DNA of 64,000 bases, taken from assembly GCA_963801015.1 (NCBI GenBank), contig CAWDCV010000002.1, forward strand, positions 1,060,118-1,124,117. Direction: 5' to 3'. The translations under genes were made by a program, and so were the position numbers. The stretch is from an uncultured Actinomycetota bacterium (GTDB lineage Bacteria; Actinomycetota; Actinomycetes; CAWDCV01). Shown here in pieces: positions 38,339 to 46,914 of this stretch; within the stretch, counting starts at the first letter, position 1; every line of letters begins with the position of its first letter. Below the pieces are notes generated by a model. That model was not told the origin of the DNA. It did not search any database and was given only the letters and a program-made list of their open reading frames with translations.

Positions 38339-38773
38339 TTATGCCGGCGACGCATCGGCCTGTGGCTGGGCGATGTTGACCAGCCAGTCGATGCCGTACT
38401 TGTCGGTGAACATGCCGAACTTGTCACCCCACGGCGACACGTCGAGGGGCACGGTGATGCGACCGCCTGCGGAGAGCTTCTCGTAGTAGCCGGTGAGCAG
38501 GTCGTCGTCATCTCCGCTGAGTGACATCGCCATCTGCGTCCCGATGCGGTACTCCATGCTCGCGGGCGTGTCGGCACCCATGAAGACGATGCCGTTGTCG
38601 GCGGTCAGCTGAGAATGCATGATCTTGTCGTCTTCGCTGGGGTCCTCGGACGCGTCGAACTCCTTGAACGTATTTATGTCGAGCTGGCCGCCGAAGACGC
38701 TCTGATAGAACTGCATCGCCTCGCGGGCGTTGCCCTTGAAGTTGATGTACGGGTTGAGCTTGCTCGCCATCAC
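38339..38773 (-). CDS. VOC family protein (PhnB-like glyoxalase fold)
   Basis: MMASKLNPYINFKGNAREAMQFYQSVFGG...ITVPLDVSPWGDKFGMFTDKYGIDWLVNI is typical of PhnB/VOC. Confidence 0.75.
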   Translation of the reverse strand: MMASKLNPYINFKGNAREAMQFYQSVFGGQLDINTFKEFDASEDPSEDDKIMHSQLTADNGIVFMGADTPASMEYRIGTQMAMSLSGDDDDLLTGYYEKLSAGGRITVPLDVSPWGDKFGMFTDKYGIDWLVNIAQPQADASPA

Positions 38774-38803
38774 TCCTCCTGTGCTTGCTAAGTGGGTGTT
38801 GGG

Positions 38804-39313
38804 TCAGCTCGGATCGAGCTGCAGGCGACAGTACGCCAGTTGAAGTGCGTCACTTCCGGCGAGGGCTGAGAACACCGCGGCGACAACGCGGGTCTGGCGC
38901 GGGGCCACCACGAGCCCAGCAACGAATCCGGTGGCGATCCACTGGCCTAGGCAGAACGGGCACGTGAGCAGCTCGCCGATCACGTGCTGGTGCCCGTCGC
39001 CGCGCGCCTCCTCGGACAGCTCCGCGGGCCCGCCGACGCCGCGGTAGCGCGTGAACGGCGCCCGCAACGGGCTCGTGATGTTGGCCCGGCTGATGAGGCG
39101 ACTGAGCTTGTGCGTCGCCACGGTGACGAGGGCCAGGTCCCAGGGGCGGATGGTCTCTGGAGCGCGTACGCCGGCCTGCCGAGCGGCGGCGGCCGCCGCG
39201 GCAACCAGACCGAGGTACGTGGCCATCGCGGCGGTGTACGACGCCAGCGGCCGGTCCTCGTCCGGAGAGTAGTTGTGCGTCACGTCCTGGAGCCGGCCAG
39301 CGAGCTGTGTCAT
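38804..39313 (-). CDS. DUF1360 domain-containing membrane protein
   Basis: VATHKLSRLISRANITSPLRAPFTRY and two TM helices; DUF1360 signature. Confidence 0.65.
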   Translation of the reverse strand: MTQLAGRLQDVTHNYSPDEDRPLASYTAAMATYLGLVAAAAAAARQAGVRAPETIRPWDLALVTVATHKLSRLISRANITSPLRAPFTRYRGVGGPAELSEEARGDGHQHVIGELLTCPFCLGQWIATGFVAGLVVAPRQTRVVAAVFSALAGSDALQLAYCRLQLDPS

Positions 39314-39414
39314 GAGCCGACTTCCGTCGAAGGCACTGTCATGAGCGCACCTGTACCCGTGGCCGGAGGATGTCGAACGACCGGCGGGGCAGCTTCCCTG
39401 ACACGGATGAGGCC

Positions 39415-39439
39415 ACTGGTTCGAATCCAGTATCGCCCA
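39415..39439 (+). other. tRNA 3'-end remnant (T-arm plus acceptor 3' strand: ACTGGTTCGAATCCAGTATCGCCCA) without a matching 5' half; possible integration-site scar
   Basis: Canonical G-TTCGAAT-C T-loop with a 5-bp stem followed by a 7-nt acceptor strand and discriminator A. No complementary GGGCGAT 5' strand within 120 nt upstream; it lies in a 243-nt intergenic gap. Confidence 0.55.
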
Positions 39440-39556
39440 CTGATAGTCGGCCTTGTCAGGCCGCGTTGCCGGACTACCGGTCCTCCTGGATCCGTAAAGG
39501 TGCAGCCGATGGCTCGCTTGGTGCCCTCCGGTAGAGAACCAGCTTTGATTATCAGG

Positions 39557-39982
39557 TCAGGTCGTCCCGGTGTACTCGTGATCGGTGACGTGCTCGAGCC
39601 AGGTCACGACCCGGCCGTGGTCGTCGGCTTCCTGCATGGCGACGTGGGCCATGAACCGGTCGGGTGTGGCGCCGTGCCAGTGCTCCTCGTCGGGTTCGAT
39701 GTAGACGACGTCTCCGGGTCGGATCTCGACGATCTCGCCGCCTCGGTAGGAGACGAGCCCGATCCCGTCGGTGACGTACAGCGTCTGACCCTTGGGATGG
39801 GAGTGCCAGGCGGTGCGGGCGCCTGGGGTGAACCGGACGTGGGCGCAGCCGATGGCGGACTGGTCGTCGGGGTTCCGGATGGTGTCGATGTAGACGTCTC
39901 CGGTGAACCAGTCAGCCGGCCCTTCTCCGGTCTGTCCTCCGCTGTGCGTGATCTTCACGTGCGTCTCCTGGTGGGCTGGCAA
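39557..39982 (-). CDS. cupin domain-containing protein
   Basis: Cupin motifs (AWHSHPKGQTLYVTDG...PGDVVYIEPDEEHWHGA). Confidence 0.75.
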   Translation of the reverse strand: MPAHQETHVKITHSGGQTGEGPADWFTGDVYIDTIRNPDDQSAIGCAHVRFTPGARTAWHSHPKGQTLYVTDGIGLVSYRGGEIVEIRPGDVVYIEPDEEHWHGATPDRFMAHVAMQEADDHGRVVTWLEHVTDHEYTGTT

Positions 39983-40001
39983 AGCGACGGGGCCAGAGGT
40001 C

Positions 40002-40375
40002 TTACTGGGCGGTGTAGCCGCCGTCGACGGGGAGGGCGACGCCGATGACGAAGCCGGCCCCCGGACTGCTCAGCCACAGCACCGAGGCCGCGATCTCCTC
40101 AGACGTGCCGAGCCGGTTGATGGGCTGGTTCGCCTTGGCGACCTCAAGGTCAAGTTCGCCTTTGTCGATCATGTCAGTGACCATCGGGGTGGCGATGGTG
40201 CCGGGACAGATAGCGTTGATCAGGATTCCGCGGGGGGCGTACTCGAGGGCCGCGCTGCGGGTGAGGCCGATGACGCCGTGCGGGCGGCGGCCAGACCCAT
40301 GCCGGAGCTGGCGCCGGTCACCAGCGCGACCTGGCCGGAGAAGTCATACGTCGGGTTCATCATCGAGCCTCTCAG
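40002..40375 (-). pseudogene. SDR family oxidoreductase remnant with internal deletion (~120 codons missing, frame broken)
   Basis: N-terminus MMNPTYDFSGQVALVTGASSGMGLAAAR (Rossmann TGxxxGxG) is joined directly, in a different frame, to the C-terminal ...HGVIGLTRSAALEYAPRGILINAICPGTIATPMVTDMIDKG...GRLGTSEEIAASVLWLSSPGAGFVIGVALPVDGGYTAQ*. The catalytic middle region is absent. Confidence 0.75.
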
Positions 40376-41403
40376 CTGGGTGCGGGTGAGGGTTGGAGGA
40401 GGACCTTGATGGCCTGACGCTGGTCCATGGCGGTGTAGGCGTCGGCGGCCTGGTCCAGCGGCAGGGTGAGGTCGAAGACCCGGCCGGGGTTGATCGTGCG
40501 GTTCCAGATCCGGTCGATCAGGTCGGGTAGGAACCGGCGGATTGGGGCGGGGCCGCCGTGGACGTGGACGTGGGTCATGAAGATGTCGTCGCCGGCGATG
40601 GCGACGTCATGGAGGACGCCGACGAAGCCGAGGTGCCCGCCGGGGCGGGTGGCGCCGATGGCCTGCATCATCGACTCCTGCGTTCCGACGGCCTCGACGA
40701 CCGAGTGTGCGCCGAGTCCGTCGGTGAGCTCCTTGACCTTGGCGATCCCGGCTTCGCCGCGTTCCTCGACGATGTCGGTGGCGCCGAACTCCCGCGCGAG
40801 GGCCTGCCGGTCGGCGTGCCGGGACATGGCGATGATGCGCTCGGCGCCGAGCTCCTTGGCGGCCAGGACGGCGAGCAGCCCGACGGCCCCGTCACCGACC
40901 ACGGCGACGGTCTTGCCCGGTCCGGCCTCGGCCGCCACGGCCCCGAACCAGCCGGTGCCCAGCACATCGGAGGCGGCCAGCAGGCTGGGAATCAGGTCCG
41001 CATCCGGCTGGCCCGGGGTGGCGACGAGCGTGCCGTCGGCCAACGGCACCCGCATCAGCTGCGCCTGCGACGGACCCGGGAAGTCGCGGTGGACGCAGTT
41101 GGTCTGATAGCCGGCCTGGCAGATCTCGCAGGTGTTGTCGGAGGCGAAGAACGACCCGACCACGAAGTCGCCGACCTTGACCTGCTCGACCTGGTCGCCG
41201 ACCTGCTCGACGACACCGACGTACTCATGCCCCATCGGTTTCGGCTCGTTGACGGCGTCGGCGCCGCGGTAGGGCCACAGGTCCGATCCGCAGACACACG
41301 CCGCGGCGAGCCGGATGATCGCATCCGTCGGCTGCTGGATCGTCGGCTCGGGCAGGTCCTCGACCCGGACATCACCGGGGGCATGCATCACAACACCACG
41401 CAT
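40372..41403 (-). CDS. zinc-dependent alcohol dehydrogenase family protein (MDR superfamily; formaldehyde/threonine dehydrogenase-like)
   Basis: GHEYVGVV zinc site, structural-zinc Cys cluster (CEICQAGYQTNC), VVGDGAVG NAD-binding motif. Confidence 0.8.
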   Translation of the reverse strand: MRGVVMHAPGDVRVEDLPEPTIQQPTDAIIRLAAACVCGSDLWPYRGADAVNEPKPMGHEYVGVVEQVGDQVEQVKVGDFVVGSFFASDNTCEICQAGYQTNCVHRDFPGPSQAQLMRVPLADGTLVATPGQPDADLIPSLLAASDVLGTGWFGAVAAEAGPGKTVAVVGDGAVGLLAVLAAKELGAERIIAMSRHADRQALAREFGATDIVEERGEAGIAKVKELTDGLGAHSVVEAVGTQESMMQAIGATRPGGHLGFVGVLHDVAIAGDDIFMTHVHVHGGPAPIRRFLPDLIDRIWNRTINPGRVFDLTLPLDQAADAYTAMDQRQAIKVLLQPSPAPS

Positions 41404-41475
41404 CAGCGGGCCAACTCCTTGAAAGATCGGATTTGTGCGGGAACTGACCCCCAGTCAACCCCCGCCGACGACGAT

Positions 41476-41517
41476 GTGGGATGCCCTGTCGTGGGGTGTA
41501 CCACCAGGGCATCCCAC
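41476..41517. promoter_or_regulatory. 13-bp perfect palindrome arms (gtgggatgccctg N16 cagggcatcccac) in the divergent promoter region between the ADH gene and the MmyB-like regulator; candidate operator
   Basis: Seen directly; 33 nt upstream of the regulator start codon. Confidence 0.4.
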
Positions 41518-41549
41518 GTTCACGGCCCGGCGTCGTAGCGTCGTATGTC

Positions 41550-42431
41550 GTGGACAACCGTGACGAGGTCCGCGAGTTCCTCATCTCGCGGCGAGCCAAG
41601 ATCACCCCGGCTGAAGCCGGCCTGCCGACCCACGGCGCTCGGCGGGTACCCGGGCTGCGCCGGGCCGAGGTTGCGGCGCTGGCCGGGGTCAGCGTCGAGT
41701 ATTACGCCAAGCTCGAACGCGGCACGATCGCCGGTGCCTCCGCGTCCGTGCTCGACGCGATCGCCCGCGCCCTCCGGCTCGACGACGCTGAACGCGCCCA
41801 CCTGTTCCATCTCGCCCACGCCGCCGACGGCACCATCGCCAGCATGCGGCCCCGCCGAACCCCGAAACGCTGGCAACCCCGGCCGAGCCTGCAATGGGTG
41901 CTCGATGACTTCACCGCCCCGGCGATCGTCCGCAACGGCCGGATGGACCTGCTCGCCGCCAACCACCTCGGCCGAGCCATGCACGCCACCGTCTACGAGG
42001 CGACGGGCGACCCGGTGCCGAACTTCGTCCGGTTCACCTTCCTGCACCTCGACGACGCCGACGACTTCTACTCCGACTGGGACCTCGCCGCCGACACCAG
42101 CGTCGCCATCCTGCACACCGAAGCCGGCCGCGACCCGCACGACAAAGATCTGCACGACCTCGTCGGCGAGCTGTCCACCCGCAGCGACGACTTCCGGCGC
42201 CGCTGGAGCAGCCGCAACGTCCGCAGCCACGGCGCCGGCACCAAACAGTTCCACCACCGCGACGTCGGCGACCTCGAGCTCGCCTACGAGAGCCTGGACA
42301 TGATCGCCGATCCCGGACTCACCCTCACCCTCTACGCCGCCGAACCAGGCTCGCCCACCGCCAGCGCCCTCGCCCTGCTGGCTTCCTGGTCCAGCCCCAC
42401 CGTCACACCGTCACCGACCGCCACCTTGTGA
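41550..42431 (+). CDS. MmyB-like helix-turn-helix transcriptional regulator
   Basis: VDNRDEVREFLISRRAKITPAEAGLP...RRVPGLRRAEVAALAGVSVEYYAKLERG (XRE HTH) plus the MmyB-like ligand-binding C-terminal domain (AIVRNGRMDLLAANHLGRA...). Confidence 0.8.
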   Translation: MDNRDEVREFLISRRAKITPAEAGLPTHGARRVPGLRRAEVAALAGVSVEYYAKLERGTIAGASASVLDAIARALRLDDAERAHLFHLAHAADGTIASMRPRRTPKRWQPRPSLQWVLDDFTAPAIVRNGRMDLLAANHLGRAMHATVYEATGDPVPNFVRFTFLHLDDADDFYSDWDLAADTSVAILHTEAGRDPHDKDLHDLVGELSTRSDDFRRRWSSRNVRSHGAGTKQFHHRDVGDLELAYESLDMIADPGLTLTLYAAEPGSPTASALALLASWSSPTVTPSPTATL

Positions 42432-42569
42432 GATCCGCGCCGCGGGCTGGGTGTACCAGCGGTACGTGCCAGGCCAGGGTGTTCCTCACCACATGGGACG
42501 CTCCTGGCGTCGACGACGTGTGCTTCAGCACCCAGGCGAGCGCGATGGCCGCCATGGAGGGCTGTGTAC

Positions 42570-43340
42570 CTCAGGCTTGCGAGGTGGGCATGGCCCACAG
42601 CTCGGCCACCGACGAGCGGCGGGGTCGGGTGACCATGTAGGTGATGCCATCGGCGATATCCTCGGGCTGCAGCGGTTCGGGATGTTCTCGGCGTCGGAGG
42701 CGGCGAGGTTGTCACGGATCTGCTGGTTGTTGTGGGAGACAAGCTCGGTAGCCACGGCGCCGGGCTCGAGGACGCCGACGCGTACGTGCTTCTTCGTGAC
42801 CTCTTGACGGAGGGCCTCGGTGAAGCCGTTTACGCCGAACTTCGTCATGTTGTAGACGCCGAAGTTCGCCCAGGCCTGGCGGCCGGCGATCGAGGAGATG
42901 TTCACGATGTCGGCGACTCCGCGCGGCCCGTCCTGTGCTGCGGTCAGCAGGTGCGGGAGGGCGGCGTGGGTGACGTAGAGCAGGCCTTTCTGGTTGATCG
43001 CGATCATCCGTTCCCATTCCTCGATGTCGGCGCTGGCTACAGGGCCCAGCAGCATTAGTCCGGCGTTGTTGATGAGGATGTCGAGCCGGCCGAAACGGTC
43101 CACGACGGTTTGTACGGCCTGCTCGGCCTGGGCCCGGTCGGTGATGTCCGCCTCGACGGCCAACACCGTCGCGCCGGTCGCCTCGATCTCGGACACGAGG
43201 GTGTCCAGCCGGTCTTTGCGGCGAGCGAGGACGGCGACGCTCGCGCCGTGCTCGGCGAGCCGGCGAGCGGTCGCCTCCCCGATGCCGCTGCTGGCCCCGG
43301 TCACGATCGCGACCGTCCCGGTCAGCGTGGTGATGTTCAT
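42570..43340 (-). pseudogene. SDR family oxidoreductase with apparent frameshift near 42679 (C-terminal ~35 aa in the adjacent frame)
   Basis: MNITTLTGTVAIVTGASSGIGEA..., YxxxK active site (YNMTKFG); the expected C-terminus EPLQPEDIADGITYMVTRPRRSSVAELWAMPTSQA* is read in the -1 frame after a ccc/ggg run where one more base is expected. Confidence 0.75.
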
Positions 43341-44182
43341 GAGGCGTCGTAAGCCAGCGAGGCCGACAGGTCGCGGTGGGCGTCGATCTGGCCCTGGATC
43401 GTTGCCAGGTTCTGCTCGACCCCGGTCATCACATCGGCGCCGGCGAGGAAGCGCAGTGGCAGGTCGCCGGAGTCGGACAGGGTGACGAGTGCGGAGGCGA
43501 GCTTGCTCGGGTCGCCGCCCTGCTGGCCGTTCATTCCTTTCCACGCCGTGATGGTCTGTGCGGTGCGCTCGGCGTAGTCCGCGATGTCCAGCTCGGGCCA
43601 GATCGTCGACGACCCCTCGACCAGCAGTTCGGTGCGGAAGAAGCCGGGCTCGACCGCCATCGTCGTGATGCCGTACGGGGCGACGTCGTAGCGCAGCGAC
43701 TCCATCCAGCCCTCGAGGGCGAACTTCGACGGGGCGTACGCGGCGCAGAACTCCTGCCCCATCAGCCCGGCGGCCGAGGTCACCGTGATCACCTGCCCGG
43801 AACGCTGTGCACGCATGATCGGCAGGACCGCCCGGGTGACGTTGAGCGGACCGAAGAAGTTGGTCTCCATCTGCGCCCGCAGCTGCTCGGGGCTGATGTT
43901 CTCGAAGTAGCCGGCGTAGAAGTTGCCTGCGTTGTTCACCAGGACGTCGATACGTCCGAAACGCTCGACCGCCGCCTGGACGGCCGCGTCGATCGTGGCC
44001 GGGTTGGTGACGTCCAGGGCGACGGCGAACAGCTCCTCATGCTCACCGACCGCAGCCCGCACCTTGTCGGCATCACGGCCGGTCGCGACCACGGCGTGGC
44101 CGCCGGCCAGCGCGGCCCGCACGATGTCGACGCCCAGGCCACGGCTGGAGCCGGTGACGAACCAGACCTTCTTCTCACTCAT
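43337..44182 (-). CDS. SDR family oxidoreductase
   Basis: MSEKKVWFVTGSSRGLG..., NNAG motif, YAPSKFA catalytic Tyr/Lys; the stop overlaps the start of the downstream SDR by 4 nt. Confidence 0.8.
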   Translation of the reverse strand: MSEKKVWFVTGSSRGLGVDIVRAALAGGHAVVATGRDADKVRAAVGEHEELFAVALDVTNPATIDAAVQAAVERFGRIDVLVNNAGNFYAGYFENISPEQLRAQMETNFFGPLNVTRAVLPIMRAQRSGQVITVTSAAGLMGQEFCAAYAPSKFALEGWMESLRYDVAPYGITTMAVEPGFFRTELLVEGSSTIWPELDIADYAERTAQTITAWKGMNGQQGGDPSKLASALVTLSDSGDLPLRFLAGADVMTGVEQNLATIQGQIDAHRDLSASLAYDAS

Positions 44183-44344
44183 AGGTTGTCCTTCAGCTGG
44201 TGAAGGTCGGTGTCTGGATGACGCCCGACCCCGACCGGTGGGTGCTTTCAGTGAATCCGCTCGCATCACGTCGAGGGAGACCCGCGTTATAGGGGTACTC
44301 CTGGTGACCCCTTCGGCTCGGACTGCCGCCGTAGGCTCCCGGAC

Positions 44345-45250
44345 ATGGACGTCCGGCAGGACCTGCGCGAGTTCCTCACCACGAGGCGTGCCCGGCTCGC
44401 TCCGCAGGACGTGGGGCTGCCCGACTTCGGCGGACGTCGCCGCGTCCCCGGCCTGCGACGCGAGGAGGTCGCGCTGGTGGCCGGAGTGAGCGTCGAGTAC
44501 TACGTCCGCCTCGAACGCGGCAACGCCACCGGGATCTCAGAATCCGTGCTCGACGGCGTCGCCCGAGCCCTCCAGCTCGACGACGCCGAACGCGCCCACC
44601 TGTACGGACTCGTCCGGGCCGCGAACGACGGCGCCCACCCCAGCAAGCGTCGCACCCGTCCCCGATCCCAACCGGTCCGTCCCGGCGTGCAGCAGCTGCT
44701 CGACGCCATCGAGAACGTGCCCGCGATCGTGCAGAACGGACGCCTGGACGTCCTCGCGGCCAACCGGCTCGGACGGACCCTATTCTCCGAGCTCCACGAA
44801 CACGCGCCGGCCAACTTCGCCCGCTACGTCTTTCTCGACCCGCGCGCCCAGATCTTCTACCGCAGTTGGCCCGACGCCGCCCAGCAGACCGCCGCCATCC
44901 TCCGCACCGAAGCCGGACGGGTGCCGCACGACCGCGCGCTTAGCGACCTCGTCGGCGAACTCGCCACCCGCAGCGAGGACTTCCGGGCCCTCTGGGCCTC
45001 CCACGACGTCCGCGACCACCGCACCGGCAGGAAGTCGATCACCCACCCAGTCGTCGGCGACCTCGACCTCGACTACGAGCTGATGGACCTGACCACCGAC
45101 CGCGGACTCACCCTCATCACCTACACCGCAGCGCCTGGCTCCGCGTCGCACGATGGACTCCGACTCCTCAGCAGCTGGACCATGCCCGATCACGCGACCA
45201 GAAGGGACCAGACGACGCCCGTCGACGGGAGCCGACTCGAGAGCCAATGA
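44345..45250 (+). CDS. MmyB-like helix-turn-helix transcriptional regulator (paralog)
   Basis: MDVRQDLREFLTTRRARLAPQDVGLPDFGGRRRVPGLRREEVALVAGVSVEYYVRLERG; about 45% identical by eye to the regulator at 41550. Confidence 0.8.
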   Translation: MDVRQDLREFLTTRRARLAPQDVGLPDFGGRRRVPGLRREEVALVAGVSVEYYVRLERGNATGISESVLDGVARALQLDDAERAHLYGLVRAANDGAHPSKRRTRPRSQPVRPGVQQLLDAIENVPAIVQNGRLDVLAANRLGRTLFSELHEHAPANFARYVFLDPRAQIFYRSWPDAAQQTAAILRTEAGRVPHDRALSDLVGELATRSEDFRALWASHDVRDHRTGRKSITHPVVGDLDLDYELMDLTTDRGLTLITYTAAPGSASHDGLRLLSSWTMPDHATRRDQTTPVDGSRLESQ

Positions 45251-45660
45251 CTATGGCCCTGGTCGACTGCAGGCGAACGTTGCCGTACGGAATCTGGCGG
45301 ACGGGTTTTGCGCCCACCGCAACAGAGGCGTCGCTTACACGGAAGAGCCTGTTCGAACAGCTGCCGGAGGCCACCTTGGCTGCGGTCGTGATCGCAGCCG
45401 TCATCGAGCTCGTCGACATCCCCGCCCTGGTGCGGCTGTACCGAGTCTGGACCGGCAACCTCGGCGGCATCTACGGCTGGGCTGCCCGGGCGGACGTCCT
45501 CTCAGCGCTGGCCGCGATGCTCGGCGTGCTGGTCTTCGACACCCTCCCCGGCCTGTTCATCGGCATCGGCGTCTCACTGCTCCTGCTGCTCTACCGGGCT
45601 TCCCGACCCACGTTGCCCGCCTCGTCCGCGGTGGGGAGCCCGGTATCTGGGTCGACCTCC
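45247..45660 (+). pseudogene. SulP-family anion transporter fragment (internal TM region only)
   Basis: ...LPEATLAAVVIAAVIELVDIPALVRLYRVWT...VLSALAAMLGVLVFDTLPGLFIGIGVSLLLLLYRASRP matches the distal TM helices of SulP permeases. There is no N-terminal core and no STAS domain; the downstream continuation of the ORF is antisense to the LLM gene. Confidence 0.4.
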
Positions 45661-45678
45661 AGCCCAGCCCGCCGCCGA

Positions 45679-46587
45679 TCAGCCGCGGCGCAGCTGGCTC
45701 AGCAGCGGGAGCTGGCGGAGCGGTTCGTCGTCGGTGTTCCAGTAGATGTGCTCGATACCCAGTCGCGCGGCCCGGTCGAGGTCGGCGGCAACCTGGTCGG
45801 GCGACCCGAGCAGCGGTCCGCGCTCGTCCAGTGGCTCAGCGGTGACGTTGCCGTTCACCTGAAGCATGACCGGCAGCGTGTCGGGATCGTGACCGGCGTC
45901 CCTGGCCGCGGCACGGAAGGTCTCGACGCTGGCCTCGACCGCGTCCCAGTCGAAGATCACCAGGGTGAGTCCGACACCGAGACGCCCGACGCGCTCGAGC
46001 GCCGCCGGTGAACCGGCGCCCAACACCAGGCGTGGGCCATCACGGTGGACCGGCTTCGGTCCGATATCAGCTTCGGGGATGCGGTAGAAGCGGCCCTCGA
46101 AGCGCACCGGATCAGGGCCCCAGATCGCTCGCATGGCCGACAGATGCTCCTCGAAGCCTGCGCCGCGCCGCCGCATCGAGACGCCGGCGGCCTCGAACTC
46201 CTGCTCCATCCAGCCCTGACCGATACCGGCGATGAGTCGACCGTCGCTCAACCGGTCCAGCGTGGCGAGCCGACGAGCAAGGATGACCGGGCTCTGAAAC
46301 AGCGCGTCAAGCACGCTGGTGCCCACGGTGATGCGGTGGGTCCGAGCCGCGACGTAGCTGAGCGTCTCGATCGGGTCGTACACGGTCCCGAAGTCCTCGG
46401 GCGCCTCCATCACCGGCCCGCCCTCGCCCCCCATGGCGATCGGGACGGTCGGCCGCATGAGACGCTCCCAGGACCACACCGAGTCCAACCCGATCCGTTC
46501 GGCCTCCTCCGCGACCTGCGCGATGGCTTCCGGTGAGGCACCGCGCCCCGCCACCGGAAGGTGCACGCCCAGCTTGATCGACGACAT
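45679..46587 (-). CDS. LLM class F420-dependent oxidoreductase (luciferase-like monooxygenase family)
   Basis: GAGGAGG RBS then ATG 46587; MSSIKLGVHLPVAG... TIM-barrel LLM signature. Confidence 0.8.
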   Translation of the reverse strand: MSSIKLGVHLPVAGRGASPEAIAQVAEEAERIGLDSVWSWERLMRPTVPIAMGGEGGPVMEAPEDFGTVYDPIETLSYVAARTHRITVGTSVLDALFQSPVILARRLATLDRLSDGRLIAGIGQGWMEQEFEAAGVSMRRRGAGFEEHLSAMRAIWGPDPVRFEGRFYRIPEADIGPKPVHRDGPRLVLGAGSPAALERVGRLGVGLTLVIFDWDAVEASVETFRAAARDAGHDPDTLPVMLQVNGNVTAEPLDERGPLLGSPDQVAADLDRAARLGIEHIYWNTDDEPLRQLPLLSQLRRG

Positions 46588-46693
46588 CTGGTCCTCCTCG
46601 TCGTTTCCTACTGCGGAAGACCTGCTCCGCCGCCGCTTCTCATCGGTCCGCGCCGCCCTGGAAGCTGAATCGTGGTGGACCATACTGGGGTTC

Positions 46694-46903
46694 ATGACCC
46701 ACCCCGTCCCTCCCGGGCCAGATCCGGGTCCTGTCCCACCCTCGCCGGTGCCACCGGGCCCCCCAGGACCACCTGTTCCCGACCCCACGCCGCCCACCCC
46801 GACGCCGCCGATGCCGGGGCCGGGTCCTGACCCGATCCCGCCGGATCCGCTGCCGCCGCAGCCCGGTCCTGAGCCGGGGCCGTCGCCGGTTCCGGGGTTC
46901 TAG
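46694..46903 (+). CDS. hypothetical proline-rich small protein (69 aa)
   Basis: ATG ORF MTHPVPPGPDPGPVPPSPVPPGPPGPP...; its stop lies 11 nt before the downstream FAD-oxidoreductase start. It may be an artefact of GC-rich low-complexity DNA. Confidence 0.25.
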   Translation: MTHPVPPGPDPGPVPPSPVPPGPPGPPVPDPTPPTPTPPMPGPGPDPIPPDPLPPQPGPEPGPSPVPGF

Positions 46904-46914
46904 GGCGAACCGCG

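Noticed and set aside
39340-39440. Complete tRNA or tRNA-Sec at the T-loop-containing segment
   Set aside because: No 5' acceptor strand complementary to ATCGCCC within 120 nt, and no D-arm or anticodon arm could be folded; treated as a 3' remnant only.
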